Origin: an uncultured Verrucomicrobiae bacterium
Lineage (GTDB): Bacteria; Verrucomicrobiota; Verrucomicrobiia; Limisphaerales; Palsa-1400
Length of the DNA: 64,000 nucleotides
Direction: 5' to 3'
NCBI GenBank assembly: GCA_963707025.1
Contig: CAVPOM010000005.1
Span: 64,001-128,000, forward strand
A program made the position numbers and the translations under genes. This document shows, in pieces, positions 52,801-63,462 of the stretch. The stretch's first letter is position 1, and each line of letters begins with the position of its first letter. The notes under the pieces were generated by a model. That model made no database searches. It was not told the DNA's origin and worked only from the letters and a program-made list of their open reading frames with translations.

Positions 52801-53321
52801 TTGGATGGGGAGACAATGGTTTTGGCCAGGCGTCACCGCCGTCCAATCTCTCAAATGTCGTGGCCATCACTGCCGGTGATCTGCACAGTGCCGCGTTATG
52901 CTCGAACGGAACCGTGGTGGTCTGGGGTGACGACACATTTGGCCAAACCAATGTGCCTCCGGGGCTCTCAAACGTTGTGGCCATTGCCGCCGGCGATTTC
53001 CACACCTTGGCGCTCTTGTCGAATGGCACTATTGTTGCATGGGGTAATAATACTTATGGCCAACTCGACGTGCCTCCCAGCGCGACGAACGCCCTCGCGA
53101 TTGCATCAGGGTATTACCACGGGTTAGCCCTGGTTCCCTTCATTTCACTCTTGCAAGCAAACCTGACCCGCAGCGGCCTGATTCTCAATTGGAATGGAAC
53201 AGGAGTTCTGCAATGGTCTCCGAACCCCGCCGGGCCTTACACCGAAATGCCCTTTCAAGGCAACCCCTGGACAAATGCGGACATGTCTGCACCAGCAAAA
53301 TTCTTCCGCGTGCGGCGATAA
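49878..53321 (+). CDS. Exoprotein 2: same architecture as exoprotein 1
   Basis: ATGA overlap with gene 1 (start may be further downstream). Divergent beta-helix and highly similar C-terminal two thirds. Confidence 0.9.
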   Translation: MKTPECWPLSARFICRVIGHQDLGVPKVQKCSSPCRPHFFAFIVGMLFIAKVATCQSATIRVPADYPTIQAAINAAHASTQDIVLVSNGTYFENLNFIGKAITVTSVNGPQVTTIDGSHSGPVVLFETAESAGSVIKGFTIQYGYSTFGSGMALSWASPTIISNIFQNNEEYSGYYGAAIGGNASSAIIEQNLFRNNTTDGQDSSGVVAFINDSSPTIADNVFLNNPCAAIYTYLPADNTPIIINNTIVGNSVGISANAGIICNNILLDNGLGVRSTGNVWQNNLVFGGQSLYSGQDLTGTNGNISTNPFFACLPGGDFHLLSGSPCIDAGTNGAPDLPAVDFDGNPRILAGSANHPAIVDMGAYEFNRGSPPTPCIYLNPPSNVVAVAAIGQNSVVVNYPAPDATPGATVMCVPASGSVFQAGTNLVVCTLVYGPNTLTGTFTVTVEVPPYITNQPSIISVLANSNATMTVGALGTAPMSYQWSFDGAAVDGATNSTLTVSNAQSPNEGYYQVTLANNVGTATSQPIFLRVLPSGVVIVSNPAPLSVPAGTQAVFNAGVIGSAPLTFQWFKDGDLLTGAGSPQLVISNAQAANAGVYQIQVSNYLGSATSAGATLTVLPGKPSFVLQPLPAASVAGSNVVFESLAVGSDDDLNPLRYAWYFQNNRIAGQTNADLLLSSITAMNQGAYYVVASNAYGTATSAVAQLTVYLPPSFQTGLSNQVVTEGRTIVLSAGATGTPPLAYCWNFNTAQLSNTAASLSLTNITPQQAGFYSVTVTNQYGSISSTGRVSVFLSPSQVVAWGDNSGGQTEVPTNLDNAVAIAGGDYHSVAIRDDGTLVAWGFDDEGQIDVPTNSLPFVSVAAGAEHNLAIAEDGSVVAWGANDSGQTDVPSTVSSVLSVAAGESDSLALLASGTVVAWGDDTCGQTSIPGILIPTYYVDTWWGGYWVFNPNWIPVESIAAGRNHNLALLTNGTVVGWGDNGFGQASPPSNLSNVVAITAGDLHSAALCSNGTVVVWGDDTFGQTNVPPGLSNVVAIAAGDFHTLALLSNGTIVAWGNNTYGQLDVPPSATNALAIASGYYHGLALVPFISLLQANLTRSGLILNWNGTGVLQWSPNPAGPYTEMPFQGNPWTNADMSAPAKFFRVRR

Positions 53322-53473
53322 GACTCGAAACCGACCCGGAATACATTTTAATATATTTCATGGTTAGTTCTATTCATACACTATATTACGGTGCATCCAT
53401 TATTAGAATTGCTTAAACTATTTGGTTTGATAAGCTTAAATGTCATGTTTTCATTGCTCCATATGGCCAATTT

Positions 53474-56400
53474 ATGAAATGGTTCAACCTCCCCTGTTTT
53501 GCGGCGCTGCTCGCGTTAATTTTCTGCGCGCCATCCCCATTACCCGCTCAGGTGGCAACGAACAGTCTTCCGGGGCGGGTGTTGGTGAAATTGCTTTCGG
53601 ATTATTTGCGCCCCCAAGTATACGCACTCAACGAATCCACGGGCACCAATGCAGGAACTTTGTTGGCCCTGAATGCGGCTGATGGTTCGACGATTGCGGA
53701 AATCACTGTTGGAACCAATCCGACCGATATGGCAATGAGTCCCGGTGGCGACGCCATTTACGTCATAAACGCCGGCAGTCGGACCATCGCCAAGGTAAAT
53801 CTTGGCACATTTAGCGTCTCGGCTGAGAAAGTTATTTCAACGCCTTATGCGGCAAATCTCGCCTATCCGCTTCATGTGGCGGCGGGCGGTTCCAATCTGG
53901 TTTATTTTACCGATGGAGCACTGGGGCCGCGAGTCACCCTATTTGACTATCAAAATGGCACAAATATAGGGATTTATAGCGGGACGGTCGGTGGCATGGT
54001 GCTCACTCACGACGGCGACACCATGTATACTTTTTATCAGTACGGGTGGGCCACGGGTGGGGATGATGGGACTGATTATTTTTCATACATACAACGGGTG
54101 AATGCGGCGACCAATGATCTGGTTGGTTTGGAAACGGGGCCCTTTCAGGGCTTTGGTCCCTTGAATGCGCCGATTTTGATGGATGCCACGGAAACGAAGG
54201 TCTTTAACAAGGTTCAAATGGTGTCAGCAAGCAATGTCTCCGATCTACTGACGCAATTCAGCGACAACATCTATGCCATTTCCGCTGATGGTTCACTGGC
54301 ATTCGGCCCGACGGAGGTCTTTGCGACCACCAACGGCAGCCAGCTTACCAATTTTCCATTCTCCTCCACCGTCCAGGTTCTATCGGGCGACCAGAGCAGA
54401 CTGTTCCGTTACCAAAGCAACACAAGCAGCCTGTTGATTTACGATATGACCACGGTGGCGCCGGTGAGCGAGCCATACATGATACCGACTCCTGCCAATG
54501 GCGCGGTGGTTAATCTGCCTTTAACCAACGTCGTGTGGACATTTTCACCTTATGCACTCAGCTATGATGTTTATTTCGGGACCAACCAATTCGATGTTGG
54601 CAACGCAACACCTGCTTCCTCACAATACCTAGGACGAGTCGGCTTCGCCGTTGGAACTTCTGCCACAACCGTTGTCCGCAGGCGCAACTGTACTATTGGA
54701 GGGTGGATGGCATCGGTCTAACCGTCACGAACACGGGAGTGGTTTGGTCGTTTACCACATCGCTTGCTGACCGTCGCACAGCAGGCATATATGTCGCTGG
54801 GAATTGCCGGAATGCCGGTTCTTCCGCAATCTCTGTCGTTAACCTCCCCGTTGCCGATCCCATGGAGCCTGGCAATCGCGCAACCGTGGCTCTCCGCATC
54901 CGCCACTAGTGGCGTCAGTCCATCGACGGTTACGCTCAGCTTCAACGCGACCAACCTGGTTAGCGGCATCTACACAAACCAAATATTGCTGACGGCCAAC
55001 GGGATTTCGCTGCCGCTTACACTGGTCCTGCAGTTGTATAATTTGAATGCCTCGAAAATGGTGGTCGATCCAAACCGTGATTATATTTACATTTTACATC
55101 CTGGGAGCGGAGTCAATGCCGATGCGTTTGTGCTATTCTTGAATACAGACACAGGCAACGTTGAGAAGGTTTTTCCCATTGGAAGAAATCCAACCGACAT
55201 GAGCATAAACAGGTTTGAGGACCGACTTTATGTGTCCAATTGGAAATATAACCAAACACAAGTCCTTGACCTAAAGGACAAAGCAGAACTTCCATCGCTT
55301 TCGCTCGGGACTGACGTATACAGATTAAGTGGGAGTTTCGCGGGTCAGCTCGTCACCGAAAGCGAATTTGAATGGATTACTGCCAGTCTTATTAATACCA
55401 CGAACGGCTCCGTAATTGCGACCGCAGGACTTTACGAGGGTGGTGGTCAATGCGATCCCAGCGGGCAATACTACTACCACGTCGAGGACAACCTTGACGC
55501 TGCTGGAATTACAAAATTCGCTATCGGAGATGCTGGGTTCGTCGCGGTCACCAGCGCCGGTCAGCATTTTCAGGCCGGTTCCCGCAATCTTGTAATGAGC
55601 TTGGATGGATCCAGGCTGTTTTGGACAGGTGCCATGTACGATTCTAATTTGCAAGATTTTGGCGTGATCGGTGCCGAGGTTTACTCGTCGTCCACGAATG
55701 GGGCGGTCGCTTTTAGCTATGTTCAGGCCATTGACACGGCCGCGAAATTGCCTATTTACAACTTGCCCATCCCTTCAACTGTTCAGGCAGTGGATCGCCT
55801 CGACCAGAACCTTTGGTATTTTAACAGTGTGAGCAACAACATTGGAAGTGTCCCGATGGTTTTGATAAAAGCCCCGTCAATTGTTCAGCAGCCCGGAACC
55901 AATATCGTGGTGGTTGCCGGGAACGAGCTGGACATCCCGGTCAGGGCCACCGGTCTTAGCCCCTTGGGCTACCAGTGGTATTTTAATAACGTTGCCATTA
56001 CCGGTGCGACCGATAATGGGTTCACGAATGCCAACCCCCAATATTTCCAGTCAGGCTCTTATTTTGAAATTGTCAGCAATGCGTTCGGCATGGCTACGAG
56101 CACCGTTGCCCAGGTGAGCATACTTCCGCTACTATACATCACTAACCAACCGTCCATCATCAGCGTCCTGGCCAACAGCAACGCCACCATGACCGTTGGC
56201 GCGTTCGGCACAGCCCCGATCAGCTATCAGTGGTCATTTGACGGCGCTGCGGTTGACGGTGCCACGAACAGCACCCTGACTGTGTCCAACGCCCAATCGC
56301 CCAACGAAGGCTATTATCAAGTCACCCTCGCCAATAATGTTGGCACATTCACAAGTCAGCCCATTTTTTTGCGGGTATTGCCTTCCGGCGTGGTGATTGT

Positions 56401-58218
56401 CTCCAACCCGGCGCCTCTTTCTGTCCCGGCAGGAACTCAAGCTGTGTTCAATGCCGGTGTGATTGGCAGCGCGCCGTTGACCTTCCAGTGGTTTAAGGAT
56501 GGGGATCTCCTGGCAGGAGCAGATTCACCCCAACTGGTCATATCCAATGCGCAGGCAGCCGATGCCGGCGTTTATCAAATACAGGTTTCAAACTATTTGG
56601 GATCAGCCACCAGCGCCGGGGCGACGTTGACGGTGCTGCCAGCCAAGCCGTCGTTTGTCTTGCAACCACTTCCAGCGGCTTCGGTGGCCGGCAGCAACGT
56701 GGTTTTTGCAAGTTTGGCCGTCGGTTCGGACGACGATTTGAACCCCCTCAGATATACCTGGTATTTCCAGAACAACAGAATCGCCGGGCAAACGACTGCC
56801 AATTTGCTGCTGTCTTCCATCACAGCCATGAACCAGGGCGCGTACTACGTTGTGGCTTCAAATGCCTACGGCATGGTCACCAGCGCCGTCGCCCAACTGA
56901 CGGTCTATCTGCCTCCCTCGTTCCAAACCGGATTATCCAACCAGGTGGTGACTGAGGGGAGAACAATCGTGTTGAGCGCCGGTGCCACTGGCACGCCGCC
57001 GCTGGCCTACTGTTGGAATTTCAACACCGCCCAACTTTCCAACACTGCCGCGTCCCTTTCCCTGACGAACATCACCCCGCAGCAGGCGGGATTTTATTCA
57101 GTCACGGTCACAAACCAGTATGGCAGCATCTCATCAACCGGCAGAGTGAGTGTTTTTTTGTCGCCCTCCCAGGTTGTGGCCTGGGGCGATAATTCGGGGG
57201 GACAAACCGAGGTGCCGACCAATTTGGACAATGCTGTGGCGATTGCGGGCGGGGATTATCATTCGGTTGCCATCCGGGATGACGGGACGCTGGTGGCTTG
57301 GGGATTTGATGACGAAGGACAAATTGACGTGCCGACCAACTCCTTGCCTTTTGTGTCGGTGGCCGCCGGAGCGGAGCATAATCTGGCCATAGCTGAAGAC
57401 GGCAGCGTTGTCGCCTGGGGAGCAAATGATTCTGGGCAAACGGATGTTCCCAGCACGGTGTCCTCCGTGCTCAGTGTGGCTGCCGGGGAGTCTGACAGCT
57501 TGGCCTTGCTGGCATCGGGAACCGTGGTGGCCTGGGGAGATGACACTTACGGGCAAACGAATCTTCCTTCGGTGCTTACGCAAGGAGGCTACTGGGTTTA
57601 TAGCTACTGGTGCGGTGGCGTGGGTGCCGGATCCAGACACAAGTGATTGCCGCAGGGCGCGACCACAATTTGGCATTGTTGTCCGATGGCACCGTGGTTG
57701 GATGGGGGAACAACAGTTTTGGCCAGGCGTCACCGCCGTCCAATCTCTCAAATGTCGTGGCCATCACTGCCGGTGATCTGCACAGCGCCGCGTTGTGCTC
57801 GAACGGAACCGTGGTGGTCTGGGGTGACGACACATTTGGGCAAACCAATGTGCCTGCGGGCCTCTCGAATGTTGTGGCCATTGCGGCCGGCGATTTCCAC
57901 ACCCTTGCTCTTTTGTCGAATGGCACTGTTGTGGGGTGGGGTGATGATACATTTGGCCAAGTGGTCGTGCCCTCAAGCGCAACGATTGCCATCGGGATTG
58001 CGTCCGGGTATTACCACGGGTTGGCCCTGGTTCCCTTCATGTCGCTTTTGCGGGCCAACATGACCCAGGGCGGGCTGGTAATTCAATGGAATGGGTCGGG
58101 GAATTTGCAATGGGCACCCAAAGTGACCGGGCCGTATGCCACTGTGCCGAGCCTGGGGAGCAGTTGGACAAATCTGGACATGTCCGCCCCTGCTAAATTC
58201 TTCCGGTTACAGCGATGA
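53474..58218 (+). CDS. Exoprotein 3: two YVTN-like propellers, Ig array, RCC1/BLIP-II-like propeller, KFFR domain; frameshifts at about 54640-54765 and 57610-57645
   Basis: Signal peptide, VGTNPTDM and IGRNPTDM. Removing three single bases restores ..YYWRVD..GVVWSFTT.. and joins the ORFs. From 56135 it is near-identical to gene 2. Confidence 0.82.
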
Positions 58219-58223
58219 CACCT

Positions 58224-58562
58224 TCAAAAGGATTGGGCTATCCGCATCTGGCCAGGGCCTTTGCCTAATGCGCTCGCCCCGGATATTACACGGCAACTGC
58301 CAACGATTTGCGCGCCTGCGCTCCTCACGATTCTAACGAAGAATCGCACAATAAACCCGGCCTGCTGGCAGATCAGGTAATCCGGCGGGACGGCAGAATT
58401 TGGCCGGTAGAAGACGCGGTGCAGTGGCAGGTTGTCCCGCGCCATCACCACTTTGGCCAAAAGCGTTCCTGGCAGGTTTGGGTCCGGCTCCACATGAACG
58501 GGAATGCCGGAGCGCTCCTCGACCTGGCCGAGCACCTTCCGTGTTGTTTCGCTCAAACTCAT
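58224..58562 (-). pseudogene. Truncated hypothetical protein (N-terminal fragment)
   Basis: MSLSETTRKVLGQVEERSGIPVHV..DYLICQQAGFIVRFF looks protein-like, then the sequence degenerates. Confidence 0.4.
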
Positions 58563-58637
58563 TTGACCGTGCCATGCTAAGCGGTCCGGTTGACGGTTGC
58601 GAGCCATGAACCCCCGAAAGTCTCGGATCGCACGGCA

Positions 58638-59408
58638 ATGTGGATTTTAAAATTCGTGCGACGTGTCCTGGGCACCTCTATGATGTGCGCTGTGTTCGAG
58701 CTTTTTTATCGGCTTCCTCGGAACGCCATCGCTATCTTCAGTGGTCGCAACCTTTTGTGGCACGCATCGGCCATTGTATTGACGATTGTGATAGTTACGT
58801 CCAGCTGCGATTGGGCCTATTATCGTTGGACGCGGGCGGAGACGTTTTCCGTGTTGGCCCGCCCGGCACTCCGGCTCGGAATGTTGATGCCTGTCCTGGG
58901 GAGTTTGGTCATCCTGGTCGCGGGAATGGCAACAAGAAACCGCCGCCTCACCACGACCGCCTGGGCTTTGGGGCAGGCGGCGCTTCTCGCGTACCTGATC
59001 ACTTCCTGCTACAAGGCAATCACCGGACGCCGCCCGCCGCCGTTTCACGGCCATGTTGGAACGTTTGCGCTGAACGGCCCTGCGCTGACGGACTCCAGCC
59101 ACGGCTTCCAATTTGGCTTTCTTAGGGGCGGCATCTTTTGGGGTTGGCCGTCGGGACACACCACCGTGGCGTTTGCCATGGCGCTCTGCCTGACGACGCT
59201 TTATCCCAGGAACAGGAGCATTGTCTTCTGCGCGCTGCTTTACGCGTTTTACATTGGGCTTGGCGTTTCCGTGACCATCCATTGGGTTTCCGAATTCGCG
59301 GCCGGAGCCATCATTGGCAGCGTAATCGGGATGACGGTTGGCCGAAGTTTCAGAGTCAAACTCCTTGATTGTAATGACGATTCGCACCCATGTGACGACA
59401 AACCATAG
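58638..59408 (+). CDS. PAP2 family membrane phosphatase
   Basis: K...GRRP, WPSGHT, HWVSE and TM helices. Confidence 0.85.
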   Translation: MWILKFVRRVLGTSMMCAVFELFYRLPRNAIAIFSGRNLLWHASAIVLTIVIVTSSCDWAYYRWTRAETFSVLARPALRLGMLMPVLGSLVILVAGMATRNRRLTTTAWALGQAALLAYLITSCYKAITGRRPPPFHGHVGTFALNGPALTDSSHGFQFGFLRGGIFWGWPSGHTTVAFAMALCLTTLYPRNRSIVFCALLYAFYIGLGVSVTIHWVSEFAAGAIIGSVIGMTVGRSFRVKLLDCNDDSHPCDDKP

Positions 59409-59410
59409 CC

Positions 59411-59977
59411 ATGACCACAGCACTTGATCGCGATCTAAAAACACTCAAAGCCCGCGCTTTTGATACGGCAGATTGGGTTGAGGAGGTTCTTCGGCGTTAT
59501 CATATCGCAAGCGTGAATCTTGACGATTCGGTTGCTCAACAACTACGAACGTTGCACGACTGGATGCTCGTCCCAATAACGCTTTGGCCATTTAACGTCC
59601 ACGATGTGCTAGAAAATTGCCTTGGTGCTCTGGAGAATGGAAAACGTTTGAACGTGCGGCACTGTCTTCTCATTGACCTGCTGCCGGAACCACCGGACGA
59701 AACCATTTGCGCCGCCATGTCGGACCACGAACTCCACTTTCAGCACGGCGCATACGAAAACCTAGTCAAAACGCAGGCCAAATATGCCCAGAACGAACTG
59801 GCCATCAAAGCAAATCCTGAACTTCGCCGCCAATGGGCGCGCATCAAAGCGGCCTTCAACGTTCAAGCCCACTGCGACCATAAGGGGGTAATCCGCCGGA
59901 CCATGACTGCCGCGCGCAACGTCCGCCCGTCGTTTACTTTCAACATGCACCCCGACTATACTTACGGCAGCTCATGA
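59411..59977 (+). CDS. Hypothetical protein, possibly truncated
   Basis: 188-aa helical-looking ORF starting 2 nt after the PAP2 stop. Confidence 0.55.
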   Translation: MTTALDRDLKTLKARAFDTADWVEEVLRRYHIASVNLDDSVAQQLRTLHDWMLVPITLWPFNVHDVLENCLGALENGKRLNVRHCLLIDLLPEPPDETICAAMSDHELHFQHGAYENLVKTQAKYAQNELAIKANPELRRQWARIKAAFNVQAHCDHKGVIRRTMTAARNVRPSFTFNMHPDYTYGSS

Positions 59978-60062
59978 AGGCGAACTGCTGCAACCGCTAC
60001 TCTCTCCTGTTCCCAGCGGTGGTGACCGCTGCCGCTGGACCATCTTGCGCGAGAGGAAAACA

Positions 60063-61052
60063 ATGATTTGTAACGATTTTGGTGACATTTACAAATCGTT
60101 GGATAGGTTTCCACGTTTATCACTCGGAAGATTTCCGTCACCAGTGAGGCAAGTAACGCTGGAAAATGATTTCCGGTTTTGGATCAAGGACGACGGGCTA
60201 TGCTCCGAATTCTATGGCGGTAACAAGCTTCGAAAGCTGGAATACTTGCTGGCGGCCGTCCAGAGAAACCAGAAGGGTGCGCTGGTTGTGCATGGTGACG
60301 TGGAATCACACACGGTGCAGGCCTGCGGGATTTTGGGCCGAAGGGCGGGTTTGGATGTGAATGCGGTGGTTTTCCGTTATCGAGGCCAATCGTTCAATGC
60401 GCCAGAACTGGCCCGGCTTCGCGAGATAGGGGTCCGCATTCACCAGCGGAGCACGATGCTTGCGACAGTGTTGCATGCCCACTGGATTGGATGGCGCATG
60501 AATGCCCGCGTCGTGCCCCTGGGAGCTTCGACACCCGTGGCAACACTGGGGCATGTCCGGGCCGCACTGGAGTTGGTTGAGCAGGTGCGGGCTGGATTGC
60601 TGCCGCAACCGCGTCGCATTTACATCCCGTTTGCGACCGGCGGTTCGGTCGCGGGACTGCTGATCGGCCTGACTGCGACGGGATCCACCACGCGGGTGGT
60701 GGCCGTGCAAACAGTGGAGACCATCATCGCAAATCGTCGTCGGCTGGAACGACTCCTGAAAAACACGCTTTCGCTGCTCGACTTTGGAGAAGTGAGCCTC
60801 GAGCGTTGTTTAAATCAACTTGAAATGATTGACGATCATCAACTCGGACGAGGTTATCGAGATGTCCCGGCGGGCACGAGGGCGGCGATTTCCGTTGGGG
60901 CGAAATACGAACTTTACCTGGATCCAGCGTTCAGCGGGAAGGCGTTTGCCGCGTTGCTAGAGGCCCTTCCACAATCCCCAAATGGTGAGCTGGTCTTTTG
61001 GAATACGCATGATCAGCATGGGCTGTCGGTTGGTTTGGGAGGCGCCAGATGA
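60063..61052 (+). CDS. PLP-dependent enzyme, ACC deaminase/D-cysteine desulfhydrase family
   Basis: FPSPV, IKDD, YGGNKLRKLEYLL, PLGAS, ATGGSVAGL, GRGY, LDPAFSGKA. Confidence 0.88.
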   Translation: MICNDFGDIYKSLDRFPRLSLGRFPSPVRQVTLENDFRFWIKDDGLCSEFYGGNKLRKLEYLLAAVQRNQKGALVVHGDVESHTVQACGILGRRAGLDVNAVVFRYRGQSFNAPELARLREIGVRIHQRSTMLATVLHAHWIGWRMNARVVPLGASTPVATLGHVRAALELVEQVRAGLLPQPRRIYIPFATGGSVAGLLIGLTATGSTTRVVAVQTVETIIANRRRLERLLKNTLSLLDFGEVSLERCLNQLEMIDDHQLGRGYRDVPAGTRAAISVGAKYELYLDPAFSGKAFAALLEALPQSPNGELVFWNTHDQHGLSVGLGGAR

Positions 61053-61714
61053 AGCTCGATTGCCTTTGGCGGCGGGTCATCGCGGAATGGAAGATCAAGA
61101 TTTTCCTCGGCGGCGGCATTACGCTGGCATTTTGGACAGGCTACTTCCTGCTCGAACGTTTGTCGGAAAGGCGCGTGACCGAGATGCCTCAATTGACGAT
61201 TGACCGTTTAATTCCTTTTCAGCCCGGAACGGCCTTTGTGTATGTCTCCCAGTTTGTCACCATGCCACTGGTGATCTGGTTAATGACATCGCGTCGCCAA
61301 TTGCTCGCCTGCTGCCGGGGCGTTGCCTCACTGATCATCGTCAGTTTTATCATTTTCTATTTCTGGCCGACTTCCGTGGCACGACCCAAGGCGTTTCCTG
61401 GCGGACACTTTTTCTACGATTTGATCGTAAGCTCCGACCTGCCCCGCAATGCGTGCCCGTCGCTGCATGCTGGCTTTGGCGTGTTTACCGCAGGATGTGC
61501 ATGTGACGTTTTCCGTGGCTGGAAACACAATCAATGGTTCGTCGGGGCTGTCTGGGTGTGGACTGCCGCAGTGTTGGTGTCCACGCTTTTGATAAAACAG
61601 CATGTTTTGCTGGATTTGCTGGCTGGCAGCTTTCTGGGGGCGCTGAGTTGGTTGGCAACGCACTGGCAAAACAGGTTTTCCAAGGGATTTGCCGTGGAAA
61701 GGGCGCCGATATGA
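61049..61714 (+). CDS. PAP2 superfamily membrane protein (Aur1/IPC-synthase-like)
   Basis: IDRLIPF, FWPT..RP, D.PRNACPSLH, STLLIKQHVLLD. ATGA overlaps on both sides. Confidence 0.85.
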   Translation: MKLDCLWRRVIAEWKIKIFLGGGITLAFWTGYFLLERLSERRVTEMPQLTIDRLIPFQPGTAFVYVSQFVTMPLVIWLMTSRRQLLACCRGVASLIIVSFIIFYFWPTSVARPKAFPGGHFFYDLIVSSDLPRNACPSLHAGFGVFTAGCACDVFRGWKHNQWFVGAVWVWTAAVLVSTLLIKQHVLLDLLAGSFLGALSWLATHWQNRFSKGFAVERAPI

Positions 61715-63462
61715 GTTGGCATCCCGGCAGCACAAATATTACCGCAGCCGAAGCGACAGTGGAAGCTTTGAAGCTCCTGGCCGTGGAGCGGATTTTCGGG
61801 CTGCCGGGAATTCAAAACATTGAATTATTCGACGCGTTAGCCGACGCTCCATTTCCCACCTTCACCCCAACCAACGAGAGCGCCGCGATATTCATGGCCG
61901 ATGCCTATGCCCGAGTTACTGGAAAACTCGGCATCGCCGTGGTCACGTCCGGACCAGGGCTGACCAACGCCCTCACCGGGATCGCTGAGGCCCGGCTTGA
62001 TTCCTCGCCGTTGGTGGTTCTGGTCAGCGCGAGTGGCGAAGTGCCGGGAAAAACGTTTCAGCTTCATCAAATCCAGCAAGACGCGGTGGTGGAGCAGCTG
62101 GTCAAAGGATGCTTCAAACCGGCGACAGCGGAAGAAGTTCCTCAGGCCGTGTTGCGCGCGGCGGAATTGGCCTGCCAAGGTGAGCCGGGACCGACACTGG
62201 TCGAACTGCCTTCAACTCTGTTGATGGAGCGGAGCCGGTTCATATTCGCCCCGGGCACTTGCCCTCCACCTCCCCAAGACATTGGCGGGCAACTTGATGC
62301 GGCGGCGGATCAACTGCGGCATTCTCCTTCTGTTGGAGTTTACGCAGGTGCTGGCGCGGTAACGGCCACGGATGAGTTGAGGGAGTTGGCGGAGTTACTG
62401 CAGGCCCCGGTGGCGACGACGATCTCCGGTCGCGGCGTCATTTCCGAGGATCACCCCCTTAGCGTCGGCTATGGCTTTGGGCGCAGCGGAACGACAGCAG
62501 CCTGGCGGGTTTTCCGGAAAATCCATACTCTGTTGGCCGTGGGTTGCAAATATGGCGAGACGGCCACGGGTGCTTACGGAGTGCAACCGCCTCGGGAGCA
62601 TATCCATATCAATATTAGCCCGGCGTCGTTGGGAGCAAATTATCCGACCTCGCTGGCAATTGCCTCGGACGCAAAGATCGCGCTCAGAGGTTTGTTGGCT
62701 CGCCTCGCGGGAGATCGCCGGCCAGCCAACGCAGCCCTACAGGAGTTCATCAGCCAAGCCCGCGCGCGTTGTGAAACCAAGGCTTTGGCAATTCCAGCTT
62801 CGTCCGCCGGTGTCACCCCGTCCAAGTTCCTTCGGCTCCTGCGGCGGCGCTTGGATCGGGACGCGATTCTGGTCGCGGACAGCGGATCGCACCAGTTCTG
62901 GGCTCTAAATGATTTCTCGGTTTTTTCACCCCGCTCATTTCTCGCGCCAGCGGATTTCCAGGCAATGGGCTTTTCAATCCCGGCGGCCATTTCGGCCAAA
63001 CTCTCCTTCCCGACACGACAGGTGGTGAGTCTGGTCGGAGACGGTGGATTCCTGATGAGCGGCTTCGAATGCCTCAACGCTGTGCGGTGGGGGGCAAAAA
63101 TTCTCGTGGTGGTTTTCCGGGACGGAGCTTGGGGGCTGATCAAAGAAGCCCAACGCCGCGTTTACCGTCGCACGCCATTCACCCAGCTTCCCAACCCTGA
63201 CTTTCAGATCCTGGCGCAGAGTTTTGGCATGGAGTACGTCCGTATTGCGAGCGATACCGACACCGAAAACGGCTTGAACAAGGCTTTGGTGGCCGGATCG
63301 CCAGCCCTGATTGAAGTGAACGTGGACTATGCCGAACCGCCTCCCTATGTGAAGGGAGCGGGGCCACAGATGTTTCGCAATCTGCCCTCACGACTGAAGG
63401 TCGGTGTCGCCCTGCGATTCGCCAAACGCTGGTTTTTTCCGCCCCGAACAATGCAACCATGA
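61711..63462 (+). CDS. Thiamine-diphosphate-dependent enzyme (acetolactate synthase-like)
   Basis: FGLPG, NE..A.FMADAYAR, SGPG.TN, AMGFSIPAA, GDGGF...RDGAWG. Confidence 0.9.
   Translation: MSWHPGSTNITAAEATVEALKLLAVERIFGLPGIQNIELFDALADAPFPTFTPTNESAAIFMADAYARVTGKLGIAVVTSGPGLTNALTGIAEARLDSSPLVVLVSASGEVPGKTFQLHQIQQDAVVEQLVKGCFKPATAEEVPQAVLRAAELACQGEPGPTLVELPSTLLMERSRFIFAPGTCPPPPQDIGGQLDAAADQLRHSPSVGVYAGAGAVTATDELRELAELLQAPVATTISGRGVISEDHPLSVGYGFGRSGTTAAWRVFRKIHTLLAVGCKYGETATGAYGVQPPREHIHINISPASLGANYPTSLAIASDAKIALRGLLARLAGDRRPANAALQEFISQARARCETKALAIPASSAGVTPSKFLRLLRRRLDRDAILVADSGSHQFWALNDFSVFSPRSFLAPADFQAMGFSIPAAISAKLSFPTRQVVSLVGDGGFLMSGFECLNAVRWGAKILVVVFRDGAWGLIKEAQRRVYRRTPFTQLPNPDFQILAQSFGMEYVRIASDTDTENGLNKALVAGSPALIEVNVDYAEPPPYVKGAGPQMFRNLPSRLKVGVALRFAKRWFFPPRTMQP

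Noticed and set aside
49216..57645. Diversity-generating retroelement acting on the variable loops
   Set aside because: No reverse transcriptase or template repeat in the window, and the differences are not restricted to adenines.
60063..63462. Specific names acdS/dcyD and ilvB
   Set aside because: Motifs are divergent and no ilvN/ilvC context is present, so only family-level calls are justified.
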